This document shows positions 19,916 to 28,742 of a DNA stretch of 64,000 bases, one piece after another (position 1 is the stretch's first letter; the number at the start of each line of letters is the position of its first letter). Location: NCBI GenBank assembly GCA_044006015.1, contig JBIPDF010000002.1, positions 24,666 to 88,665 of the forward strand. Direction: 5' to 3'. Made by a program: the position numbers and the translations under genes. The notes below the pieces were generated by a model, which had not been told where the DNA came from, ran no database searches, and saw nothing but the letters and a program-made list of their open reading frames with translations. Source of the stretch: Heteroscytonema crispum UTEX LB 1556 (GTDB taxonomy: Bacteria > Cyanobacteriota > Cyanobacteriia > Cyanobacteriales > Nostocaceae).

Positions 19916-21490
19916 TTGTTGGGCGAAGGTAGATTCATGTTCCAAGAGATTGCGGCTCAGATTGCTTTGTCCTCATCATTTCCATATCTAGCCACAGTTT
20001 TAGGCGTTACTAGCATCGGGGGAATACTTGGCTGGCGTTGGTGGAAACAAAACAACATTTATAAATCTCTACAGTCACTTCCCTCTCCTCCCAGACACTG
20101 GCTATTAGGGAATATTCCTCAAGTATTAGCAGCAGTCAAAGAGAAAAAATACTTCCAATTATTATTCGATTGGTCACAACAGCTAGGCCCGATGTATGTT
20201 TACTGGAATGGCTATCCAATTGTCGTTTTAAGTAAGCCAAAAGCGATCGAAGACACCATTATAAATGGTATGCGAGATGGAAGCCTGGTTAGGTCTCAGC
20301 GATCGCGTAAAGCTTGGAACGACATAAGTGGTCCTATTCTTTTAGGTCAAACCGGGACTGAATGGCAGTGGCGACGCAAGGCTTGGAACCCCGAATTTAG
20401 TTCTAGCGGTCTCTCCAAATATGTTGAAATTATTGGTCAAGCCTGCGAACAGGTAATTGAGAGAATAAAGGAAACTACGCCGCAAAAAGAGGTTCAGGTA
20501 GATCCTCTATTTGTAGAACTGACAATGAGGGTGATTTCCTGTCTAGTACTGGGCATTCCTGTGGATAGAAACACCAATAGTCCTGAAGGACCACCCCTCC
20601 AAGTTCTCAAGGTGTACGAGGCTATGTCTATTGTCGGCTATCGGTTCTTACGGGTAGCTACTGGTGAGAAGAGATGGATGAAATATCTACCAACTAAGGC
20701 TTCACGAGATTACTGGGCAGCAAGGCGATATTTAGAGGAGTTTATTACTCCCCGAGTAGACTTAGCTTTACAGATGAGAGAACAAAACAAGATGCATTTA
20801 GGGCAGGTAAGTCCTTTGTTTCAGGAATCTATGCTAGTTAAAATAGCGACCAAAGAACCAAAATACAATCGGGAATCACTGATAGCAGAATCTATTGAAA
20901 TCTTACTAGCTGGCACTGACACAACGGCTCATACTTTATCCTTTGCAGTAGGGGAATTGAAGCTAAATCAACGGGTTTTTCAGCAGGCACAGTCCATTGT
21001 TGACCAAGTTTGGGAAAGTCAAGGCAGCATTAATACAGAAAGCCTGAAGGAATTGACTTACATTCGTGCCATTATCAAGGAGACTTTGCGCCTTTATTCA
21101 GTAGCATCAGGCTCGACTTCATTGGAGGCTCAACGTGATACCGTTATTGAGGGACAGGTTATTCCTCGTGGCACGAAAGTGTTCTGGTCAATGTTTGCTG
21201 CTGGGCGAGACCGAGAAGTTTATCCTCATCCCGAAGAATTTCTACCAGAGCGATGGTTAGAGAAAGGTAAGGAAAGTAGTCCACTGCCAATGATAGACTT
21301 TGGCTCAGGTTCTCATCGTTGCTTGGGAGAGCATCTGTCAATGCTAGAAGCAACGGTGATGCTGGCACTGCTGCTCCGCTACTTCGACTGGGAATTGGTC
21401 AACGGTCGTTCATCTCTGGAACAGTTACAGCAGAACCTTTTGATTTATCCTTCCGATGGAATGCCGGTGCGCTTTTGGTTGAGAAAGTAG
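19916..21490 (+). CDS. Cytochrome P450 with N-terminal membrane anchor
   Basis: FGSGSHRCLGEHLSMLEA heme-binding loop, ETLRLYS ExxR motif, I-helix AGTDTTA, and an N-terminal hydrophobic segment. A likely start lies at an internal Met (MFQEIAAQ...). Confidence 0.85.
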   Translation: MLGEGRFMFQEIAAQIALSSSFPYLATVLGVTSIGGILGWRWWKQNNIYKSLQSLPSPPRHWLLGNIPQVLAAVKEKKYFQLLFDWSQQLGPMYVYWNGYPIVVLSKPKAIEDTIINGMRDGSLVRSQRSRKAWNDISGPILLGQTGTEWQWRRKAWNPEFSSSGLSKYVEIIGQACEQVIERIKETTPQKEVQVDPLFVELTMRVISCLVLGIPVDRNTNSPEGPPLQVLKVYEAMSIVGYRFLRVATGEKRWMKYLPTKASRDYWAARRYLEEFITPRVDLALQMREQNKMHLGQVSPLFQESMLVKIATKEPKYNRESLIAESIEILLAGTDTTAHTLSFAVGELKLNQRVFQQAQSIVDQVWESQGSINTESLKELTYIRAIIKETLRLYSVASGSTSLEAQRDTVIEGQVIPRGTKVFWSMFAAGRDREVYPHPEEFLPERWLEKGKESSPLPMIDFGSGSHRCLGEHLSMLEATVMLALLLRYFDWELVNGRSSLEQLQQNLLIYPSDGMPVRFWLRK

Positions 21491-21696
21491 GGTTGTATTG
21501 CAAAAACTTCGTGAGGTATTAAAAAAACTGTAAAGAGGTCAATTTTTTTATTAAGTTCTGCTTTTCATAAATTCGTAGCGTTAAGGTTCGTAGTTGCGCT
21601 GTCTTCGCTTTGGTCTTAGATATCGTTACGAAACGAACTTATGCAATCGTGTAGTAAGTTAAGTTAACCAAAAAAACATAAAATATCTGTAGGGTA

Positions 21697-23802
21697 TTAC
21701 CTCGGTTCTCCTAACAAGACAATTGAACATTTCAATTCTTTAAGCACCTGAGTTGTAACTTCACTTACAGCTAATCCCCCTGTAGTGCGATAGCGAACGG
21801 ATCGCAAAACTACTAAATCAAATGTTTTCGCTTCTTGGATAATAACTTTGGCGACATTTTCATTCACAAGAGTTTTGATATCTGTATTCACTTTTAACTT
21901 ACTTTTAGAAGCAATATCAGACCATTGACAGACAAAATTTGCCACTTGGATTGGGGGAATTCTACGATCGCATACGTGTAGAAGTACCACTTCGGCGTTA
22001 TTTGCTGCAGCCAAAATTTGAGCAAACCGCACAGCACCAATGGTTTCCCGCGTTAAATCCCCAATTGGGACGAGAATTCTCTGAAAGTTGGCGGGGTTGC
22101 TTAAAAGGCGCGTTACCGCTACCGGACAGTGAGAAGACCAGAAAACGCTATCAATGAGATTACCAAATAAGCGATCGCGCAAAGCTGAGGTCCGCCCCCA
22201 ACCCATCACTATCAAACTAGCGTTTTGTTCCCGACTGGTGCGGCTAATCCCTAAAGCTACATCATCATCAATGCGAATTGCTGGTACTAACTCTACGTCA
22301 AATTCTAGACTAAATGTTAAAGCATCGTTTAATCGTTGCTGGCTTTGGCTGAGGGCGGTTTGCAATTGCGGATCGTCCATTTGAACGTGAGATTTAGCGA
22401 TCGCTAATGGTACAATTCTTCCAGATTCATGACTAGCCAGCAGTGCAGCCATTTCTATTAGATAGCGCTGGGTTTGAGGATTGTAAATTGGAACTACTAC
22501 AGTAAATGGATGGTGTCTTTCTTGCTTTGGGGTGTGGGAAGCAAAGGTGACTCCTTGCATTTCACCCCCAGAATTTTCCCACCAAGTTGATAGTTTATCT
22601 GTTGCAGGTTCGGTTTGGGATAATGATAGGGAACTAGCAAATCGGGCTGTAAGTACCGGACCAAGGATAGAAGTTACTACCATCAGCACAATTACACTAT
22701 TTAAAACACCTTCATTAATCAGCCTTGCACCAGCAGGATTTAGAGTTTGATAAGCGACTAGTGTTGCTGCTAAGGTAGCTGCTACTTGCGGTAGTGATAA
22801 TGACCACATTGTCAGCATTTCTGGAGTGTTGTAGCGGTATAATAATTTAGCTAAAAATGCTGCTACAAATTTACTGCCAATCAATGCTATGACAATCGCC
22901 GCAGTCAAGCCAATTGAACTCAGAGTTTTGATAAATGCAGGGATATTAATCAACAATCCCATGTCTACAAAGAAACAGGGAATAAATAAAACACTACCAA
23001 CAAACTCAACTTTTTCTCTAACTGGGCTGCGTCCCAAAACATCGTTGACAGCTAAACCTGCGAGGAATGCACCAACAATTTTTTCAACTCCAATTAACTC
23101 CGCCCCTAGTGATGCTAAAAATAATGCTAATAAAATAAATAAAAACTGGTTACTTTCTTCATTTCCAGTCCGCCGAAAGTACTCTTTACCTGCCCAGTCA
23201 AAGCCAAACAAAACAACAGCAGAGTAAATTGCCAATCCACTTAACAGAGTAATTAAACTAATGGGTGTAAATTCTCCGCCGTGAATTCCCACACAAATTG
23301 CCAGCACTAATAAAGCGCCCGTATCTGTGAAAATTGTGGCACCAATTGTCACTGTTACCGCTTCATTTGTCACAACTCCCAAACGGCTGACAATCGGATA
23401 TGCTAAAAGTGTATGGGAAGCAAGTAAAGACCCAATTAAAAAAGAAGAGTTCCAACCAAAATTAAATAAACGCCCGACAATAATACCCGCAATCATTGGC
23501 ATTAAAAACGTCAATGTCCCAAAGCCAATTGAGCGATTTTTTGTCCGGCGAAACTGCTCTAAATCAATTTCTAAACCTGCTACGAACATCAGATATACCT
23601 TACCAATATCCGATAGCAACTTCATCGTTTCCGAGTCAGAATTAAGCAGCTTTAAACCGCTTTGCCCGAGTACCACACCTGCTAGCAGCAAACCGACTAA
23701 TCCAGGCAATTTCAACCGCTCAAAGATAGGCGGTACAGTAAAGATAGCGGTTAAAAGAATTGTAAATGGAACGATAGGATTTTCTGTTAGCAAGTCCAAC
23801 AT
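21697..23802 (-). CDS. Cation:proton (Na+/H+) antiporter fused to C-terminal tandem universal-stress-protein (Usp) domains
   Basis: The N-terminal ~400 aa are polytopic membrane protein with CPA-type motifs. The C-terminal ~290 aa have two Usp-like alpha/beta modules (VVVPIYNPQT..., ILVPIGDLTRE...VLLHV). Confidence 0.8.
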   Translation of the reverse strand: MLDLLTENPIVPFTILLTAIFTVPPIFERLKLPGLVGLLLAGVVLGQSGLKLLNSDSETMKLLSDIGKVYLMFVAGLEIDLEQFRRTKNRSIGFGTLTFLMPMIAGIIVGRLFNFGWNSSFLIGSLLASHTLLAYPIVSRLGVVTNEAVTVTIGATIFTDTGALLVLAICVGIHGGEFTPISLITLLSGLAIYSAVVLFGFDWAGKEYFRRTGNEESNQFLFILLALFLASLGAELIGVEKIVGAFLAGLAVNDVLGRSPVREKVEFVGSVLFIPCFFVDMGLLINIPAFIKTLSSIGLTAAIVIALIGSKFVAAFLAKLLYRYNTPEMLTMWSLSLPQVAATLAATLVAYQTLNPAGARLINEGVLNSVIVLMVVTSILGPVLTARFASSLSLSQTEPATDKLSTWWENSGGEMQGVTFASHTPKQERHHPFTVVVPIYNPQTQRYLIEMAALLASHESGRIVPLAIAKSHVQMDDPQLQTALSQSQQRLNDALTFSLEFDVELVPAIRIDDDVALGISRTSREQNASLIVMGWGRTSALRDRLFGNLIDSVFWSSHCPVAVTRLLSNPANFQRILVPIGDLTRETIGAVRFAQILAAANNAEVVLLHVCDRRIPPIQVANFVCQWSDIASKSKLKVNTDIKTLVNENVAKVIIQEAKTFDLVVLRSVRYRTTGGLAVSEVTTQVLKELKCSIVLLGEPR

Positions 23803-24289
23803 AATTTTTATTTCATTCCAAATTGTCAGTCCAAATTAAATTTTGATTTTTGATAATTCCAAGTCCTCAGAAACCCGGTTTCTTTAAGAAACCGGGTTTC
23901 TTTGTTCTCGCTTTGTTTTGACTCTGTTCTGAAAAATTATTTAGTAGTGTTATATATGCTCAAATATTAATTGCTAACCTAACAAGAGTCATTAACAGCA
24001 TAAATGTTGCGATCGCCTAACGTCTCCATCTGCAGAGGTGAGTTTTTTCTCCATCTACAGAGAGAAAATCTCCACAAGGATTTGAGATTTGAGATTTGAG
24101 ATTTTGAGGACAGTTGCACAGTTCGGGTTTCCCGACAGTAGCAAACTGTCCGGGATTTTGGATTGTGAAACCGTCAAAGCGCGGTACTGGGTATTGGAAA
24201 TTCCCACGGTTGATACCGGGGGCTTGAAACAAGGGCGGGAACTGGATTTTCCCAGTACCCAGTCCCCTTTTCGCTAAATCCTGACTTTA

Positions 24290-25747
24290 TTACTTTTGCA
24301 ACCAAACGGACACTGAACCACCCGGACAAGGGAAATTACCCCATCCATCATTGTTGGTATAGATAATATCTTTGAAATGTCCGGTGCAGTCATAGAAAGC
24401 CGCATTGGGGCGGAACATATTCATCCACTTGTTCCCCGGTTCGCTGTTCGTCATCACTACAGCCATTGCACCTGGATGTTCGCTATTTCCCAAACGCGTC
24501 CAACCGATGGTATTTGCATGGTCAAAGTAATCGTGTTGGTCGCCAAAACCGTATTCATGACGCGCTTTCAAAAACTTGTCAATCAAGAAACGGTGAGAAT
24601 ACAGGGTAACATCACGCCCTTTATCGCTATATTGCGCCCCGTAATAATCTGCATAAAAAACGCAAGGATAGCCTTCGCGACGCAGCAATATCAGTGCATA
24701 CGCCAAAGGCTTAAACCAAGGTTCCACCGGAGACTCTAGTGCTTGACAGGGTTGAGTGTCATGGTTATCAACAAAAGTCACCGCTAGAGAAGGTTGTTCT
24801 TTGGCTAGGGTTCTGTCAAAAATCGTCCGCATATCGAAATTATTGCCCATGCGGCTGGCTTGGTGAAACTTAAAGTGCAGGGGCACATCAAACAATGACA
24901 ATCGCCCTTCGCTAGCAGAGATGTAGCCGTGTATTGTATCGATATCCTGAGACCAATATTCACCAACGCTAAATAATTCCCGTCCGCCAAAATGCACTCG
25001 CAAATGGTTTAGCCAGTCGCGGAAAAAGCTGGAACGGATATGTTTGACAGCATCGACGCGAAACCCGTCTACGCCAGTTGTGTCAACAAACCAACGCCCC
25101 CAATACATCAATTCGCCGCGTACGAACTCGTTACCCATATCCAAGTCGTTTGCTAGCAAATAGTCATAGTTACCGTGTTCGTGGCTAACTTCTGTCTCAA
25201 AGTGCTTGCTTTTGATGCGGTAGAGTTTATCAGCCCGTTTGGTATCTGCGTTGTAGGAAAGGGCATCAAAGCACCACCAATACCACTTCATGCTGGAGTA
25301 TTTATCTCCGCGACCGGCAAAATTGAACTTGGTATAAGCGCCAATTTCATACCAGTCGCTGACTGGATTGTTGCGGTTATTCCAATCCATTTCCTGCGCC
25401 CAAATGCGTTCTATCTCATCTCCACCATCTTTATGGTTGAAGACGACATCAGCGTAAATTTGAATACCAGCACCTTGGGCAGTTTTAATCGCTGCCAGGT
25501 AGCGATCGCGCGTTCCATATTTTGTTCGGACGCTACCTTTTTGGTCAAATTCGCCTAAATCAAACAAATCGTAGACTGTGTATCCCACATCTCTTCCACC
25601 GCCACTGCCTTTGTAAGCTGGTGGTAGCCATAAAGCTGTAAAGCCTGCATTCGCTAGCTCCCTGGCTGTTTGAGCGAGGTTGTCCCATAAAGTACCATCA
25701 TCAGGAATGTACCAGTGAAAATACTGCATTATGACGCCGTTAGTCAT
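24290..25747 (-). CDS. Alpha-amylase, GH13 (Bacillus liquefying-amylase-like)
   Basis: N-terminus GVIMQYFHWYIPDDGTLWDNLAQTARELANAGFTALWLPPAYKG; catalytic blocks DVVFNHK, GFRVDAVKH, EYW, FVDNHD. Confidence 0.9.
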   Translation of the reverse strand: MTNGVIMQYFHWYIPDDGTLWDNLAQTARELANAGFTALWLPPAYKGSGGGRDVGYTVYDLFDLGEFDQKGSVRTKYGTRDRYLAAIKTAQGAGIQIYADVVFNHKDGGDEIERIWAQEMDWNNRNNPVSDWYEIGAYTKFNFAGRGDKYSSMKWYWWCFDALSYNADTKRADKLYRIKSKHFETEVSHEHGNYDYLLANDLDMGNEFVRGELMYWGRWFVDTTGVDGFRVDAVKHIRSSFFRDWLNHLRVHFGGRELFSVGEYWSQDIDTIHGYISASEGRLSLFDVPLHFKFHQASRMGNNFDMRTIFDRTLAKEQPSLAVTFVDNHDTQPCQALESPVEPWFKPLAYALILLRREGYPCVFYADYYGAQYSDKGRDVTLYSHRFLIDKFLKARHEYGFGDQHDYFDHANTIGWTRLGNSEHPGAMAVVMTNSEPGNKWMNMFRPNAAFYDCTGHFKDIIYTNNDGWGNFPCPGGSVSVWLQK

Positions 25748-25910
25748 GCGATCGCTTTCCTAAAATATTTGGTTTGCAGATTTCTTAGAGAAATGGGTGC
25801 TAGAGCAGATGTTTTTTATAGCGCTTCTATCTAAGGATAACCAGTATTCAGTATTACTGAAGAAAAATTTTTCTGCATCTATTGTGTGATTTAAATTTGC
25901 TGATGTACTT

Positions 25911-26030
25911 GGGAATTGGGCATTAGACATAGGCGTGGAAAAGATGTAGAGACGAGAAATTTCGCGTCTCTACAAAGAATTTCGGGCAACGCAGAATTAA
26001 TTTCCACTCCTATGTCTATTGGGCATTGGA
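25911..26030. repeat. Nested palindromic element: outer inverted arms (gacataggcgtggaaa / tttccactcctatgtc) enclosing the hairpin gtagagacgagaaatttcgcgtctctac
   Basis: Read directly. The inner gtagagacg...cgtctctac hairpin motif recurs at 11744, 56165 and 59801. Confidence 0.5.
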
Positions 26031-26108
26031 AAGACTGATTTTCACGGCAAAGTTGTGTCAAGTTGCAAGCTGCAGTCGTGCTGGTGGAGTGAGTCACGCA
26101 GATGATAC

Positions 26109-26198
26109 AGGACTTACGCAAAACATAACGAGAGTAGCGATAATTCATGAATTATCAAAGGCTGTATTGAGGCTTTCAAGTTTTTGTTGCGTAAGTCC
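26109..26198. mobile_element. MITE-like element, family B (TIR ggacttacgcaa / ttgcgtaagtcc; palindromic core gtagcgataattcatgaattatc)
   Basis: A complete second copy lies at 56949-57039, a partial at 56624-56677, and a solo TIR at 36279-36290. Confidence 0.5.
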
Positions 26199-26510
26199 TA
26201 AGTAAGTCGGCACGATAAAACCAATGTATGTTTAGTTTTGTAAAAACCTTAGAACGATGCATTCATAAGCTCTTTGCTGATTTTACATTTCGTTACATAG
26301 GTTGATTTTTTAACGCCGACTTACTTATGATATTATTCATGGAAAAAAAAAGAAAAATTCTCTTCGAGAGTGCTTGCACGGATATTTAAGGCGTCCCGAT
26401 CAGAAAAAAGTGCTTTTAAGTATGGGGTTTCCCTTTCCCCTTTCCCCCTTCCTCTTTCATAGGGAAACCTGTTTTTTCTAACCAACCACTAACCCCTAAC
26501 TGAATTACTG

Positions 26511-27350
26511 ATGACAGGGAAAATAGATCTACCATATTTTGACGATTTATTAGAAAGTTTCCGCCAAGGGAACACCGAAGTGATTAAAAGCTTTGGTCTT
26601 CACGTACATTGGGGCTACTGGGAAAATCCCGCAAAGGCTGACGGTTCCATAGATGACTTTGTGGCTTCAGCAGAAAATTTAGCGCAACGAGTATGCAATG
26701 CAGGTGGCGCAGGGAATGGACTCTCGATTCTTGATTGTGGTTGTGGTTTTGGTGGGACGATCGCCCTTTTAAGCGATCGCTTTTCTGATATGCAGTTAGT
26801 AGGCTTAAATATTGACCCCCGTCAACTAGCTAGGGCTAGAGAACAAGTTAAACCTCGCAATAATAATTCCATTGAATTTGTTGAAGCAGATGCTTGTCAG
26901 CTACCATTTGCCGATAATTCTTTTGACGTTGTTATGGCTGTTGAGTGCATTTTCCATTTTCCCAGCCGCCAGCGCTTTTTCCAAGAAGCATGGCGAGTGC
27001 TGAAGCCAGGTGGAAAACTTGCCATCTGCGACTTTGTACCCTTAGAAATTTTGAGTCCTTTCTTAAAACTTGCGGCTACTTTACTGCAACCCTTTGTTGG
27101 TAACACTTACGGTTCTGTTGATAGTAGTTTTACCCTAGCTTCTTATCGCCATCTGGCACAAACTACAGGATTTAAATCAATCTTAGAAGAAGATATCACT
27201 GTCAACACTCTACCAACTTATCCGGTGTTGCGGCGACTTCAGCGTCAGGGGGGAAACCCACAATCAGAAACCTCAACAGCTGTTACTGAATGGATTAGTC
27301 GTTTGGGGTTAATGCGTTATTTGATTTTGTCCTACAGCAAGAATAATTAA
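26511..27350 (+). CDS. Class I SAM-dependent methyltransferase
   Basis: LDCGCGFGGTIALL (motif I, GxGxG), then acidic motif II and motif III regions. 279 aa. Confidence 0.75.
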   Translation: MTGKIDLPYFDDLLESFRQGNTEVIKSFGLHVHWGYWENPAKADGSIDDFVASAENLAQRVCNAGGAGNGLSILDCGCGFGGTIALLSDRFSDMQLVGLNIDPRQLARAREQVKPRNNNSIEFVEADACQLPFADNSFDVVMAVECIFHFPSRQRFFQEAWRVLKPGGKLAICDFVPLEILSPFLKLAATLLQPFVGNTYGSVDSSFTLASYRHLAQTTGFKSILEEDITVNTLPTYPVLRRLQRQGGNPQSETSTAVTEWISRLGLMRYLILSYSKNN

Positions 27351-27354
27351 AAAA

Positions 27355-27478
27355 GGGGCAAGGGGCAATGGGCAATGGGCAATGGGCAATGGGCAAAGAG
27401 TGCTGTGAAATAACAAACAGGTTCTTCTCTATACCCAATGCCCAATGCCCGATGCCCGATGCCCAATGCCCGATGCCC
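27355..27478. repeat. Inverted pair of STRR arrays (GGGCAAT x5 ... CCCAATG/CCCGATG x6) between convergent genes
   Basis: Read directly. It is flanked by the stops at 27350 (+) and 27481 (-). Confidence 0.9.
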
Positions 27479-27480
27479 CG

Positions 27481-28272
27481 TTACTGCAGCAATTGTTGAA
27501 TTCTAGCTGAAGTGAGATGCTCTACATTAGTAAAAACTATATCTGCTCCTGCCGCTATTAATGCCTCTGCATAAGCATCGCGACGCGCTACTATTTCCTG
27601 TACGTGAGGCGGCAAAACTCCTACACCAATCCAAGTGCGAGAAGAATCTATTTCCCGCGCCTTCTTTACGGTATACATATCAGCTACTGTATCTCCTACA
27701 TACAATATTGGCGTTTTTTTGTCAAGCCCATTCTCTAACTGGCTAAGGGTGGTAAAAAGTCCGGTGGGGTCTGGTTTACCGGGAGCATCTTCCATCGCAA
27801 TTAAAACTGGCGATTTTAATCCAAGCCGTTTTTCTAAAACATAAGTCGCTGAAGCACGAGTCGCACCGCTAAAAAATCCCCAAAAAATCCCAGCTTTTGT
27901 TAGTTCCTCTAAGTAGCTAGGCTGTAATAATAAAGGCTCATTGCAGATATAGCCATTCCAATTTTCGGGGTCTGTTCCTCGGTAACGTGATTGAAAAAAA
28001 GCGACAATGTTTTTGTAATCTAATTGGAGTTGTTCGCGGGTTTGTCTTTTAGCTTCAAAGTAGCGATATATAAACTCTTGAGATGCTTCCCAATCATTAT
28101 TCCAGATGCCTTCAGACTTTAACTTGTCTATATCCAATGGTGTCGGACGATACGCTTTAGCGGTAAAATACTCGACAGTATCTGCGAGCGCGCGCCGATA
28201 AGAATTACTGACATCGCGGATAACGCCGTCAATATCGAAAACAACGATCGCATGTGGTAATTTTGAAATCAT
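27481..28272 (-). CDS. HAD-superfamily hydrolase
   Basis: N-terminal AIVVFDIDGVIRD (HAD motif I, DxDG) and a C-terminal YVGDTVADM (motif IV). Confidence 0.75.
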   Translation of the reverse strand: MISKLPHAIVVFDIDGVIRDVSNSYRRALADTVEYFTAKAYRPTPLDIDKLKSEGIWNNDWEASQEFIYRYFEAKRQTREQLQLDYKNIVAFFQSRYRGTDPENWNGYICNEPLLLQPSYLEELTKAGIFWGFFSGATRASATYVLEKRLGLKSPVLIAMEDAPGKPDPTGLFTTLSQLENGLDKKTPILYVGDTVADMYTVKKAREIDSSRTWIGVGVLPPHVQEIVARRDAYAEALIAAGADIVFTNVEHLTSARIQQLLQ

Positions 28273-28431
28273 AGAATTTGGATTTGAGATTTTGGGCTTT
28301 GGCTAATTGTGCGCCTGTGGTCTTCAATTAGCAATTAGCTGTCTGAAGTTTGGTCAGCAGGTAGTAATTGCGTTAAAATAAGCGATCGCATTCGTTAGTA
28401 AGTTATGCCCGGTTATTACCCGGAGGTGTGA

Positions 28432-28731
28432 TTGACCAAGTTTATTTTGAAGATTCTTTGGTTAGATGAGAACGTCGCCCTAGCGGTCGATCAAGTTGTA
28501 GGCAAAGGCACGAGTCCTTTGACTAAGTATTTTTTCTGGCCCAGAAACGATGCTTGGGAAGAGTTAAAGAAGGAACTCGAATCCAAACACTGGATTAGTG
28601 ACCTGGATCGGGTGGAGTTGCTTAATAAAGCCACTGAAGTGATTAACTACTGGCAAGAGGAAGGCAGAAACCGCCCAATGGTGGAAGCACAGTCTAAATT
28701 TCCTGAAGTTACTTTCACCGGTAGCGCCTGA
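28432..28731 (+). CDS. ycf65: Plastid-specific-ribosomal-protein-3-like protein (Ycf65/PSRP-3 family)
   Basis: [53 protein letters not shown] matches the recalled Ycf65 consensus; 99 aa. Confidence 0.6.
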   Translation: MTKFILKILWLDENVALAVDQVVGKGTSPLTKYFFWPRNDAWEELKKELESKHWISDLDRVELLNKATEVINYWQEEGRNRPMVEAQSKFPEVTFTGSA

Positions 28732-28742
28732 TATCGCACCCA

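Noticed and set aside
25891-26148. 85-aa ORF upstream of the amylase gene
   Set aside because: It lies entirely within the nested palindromic element and family B MITE; it is a repeat translation.
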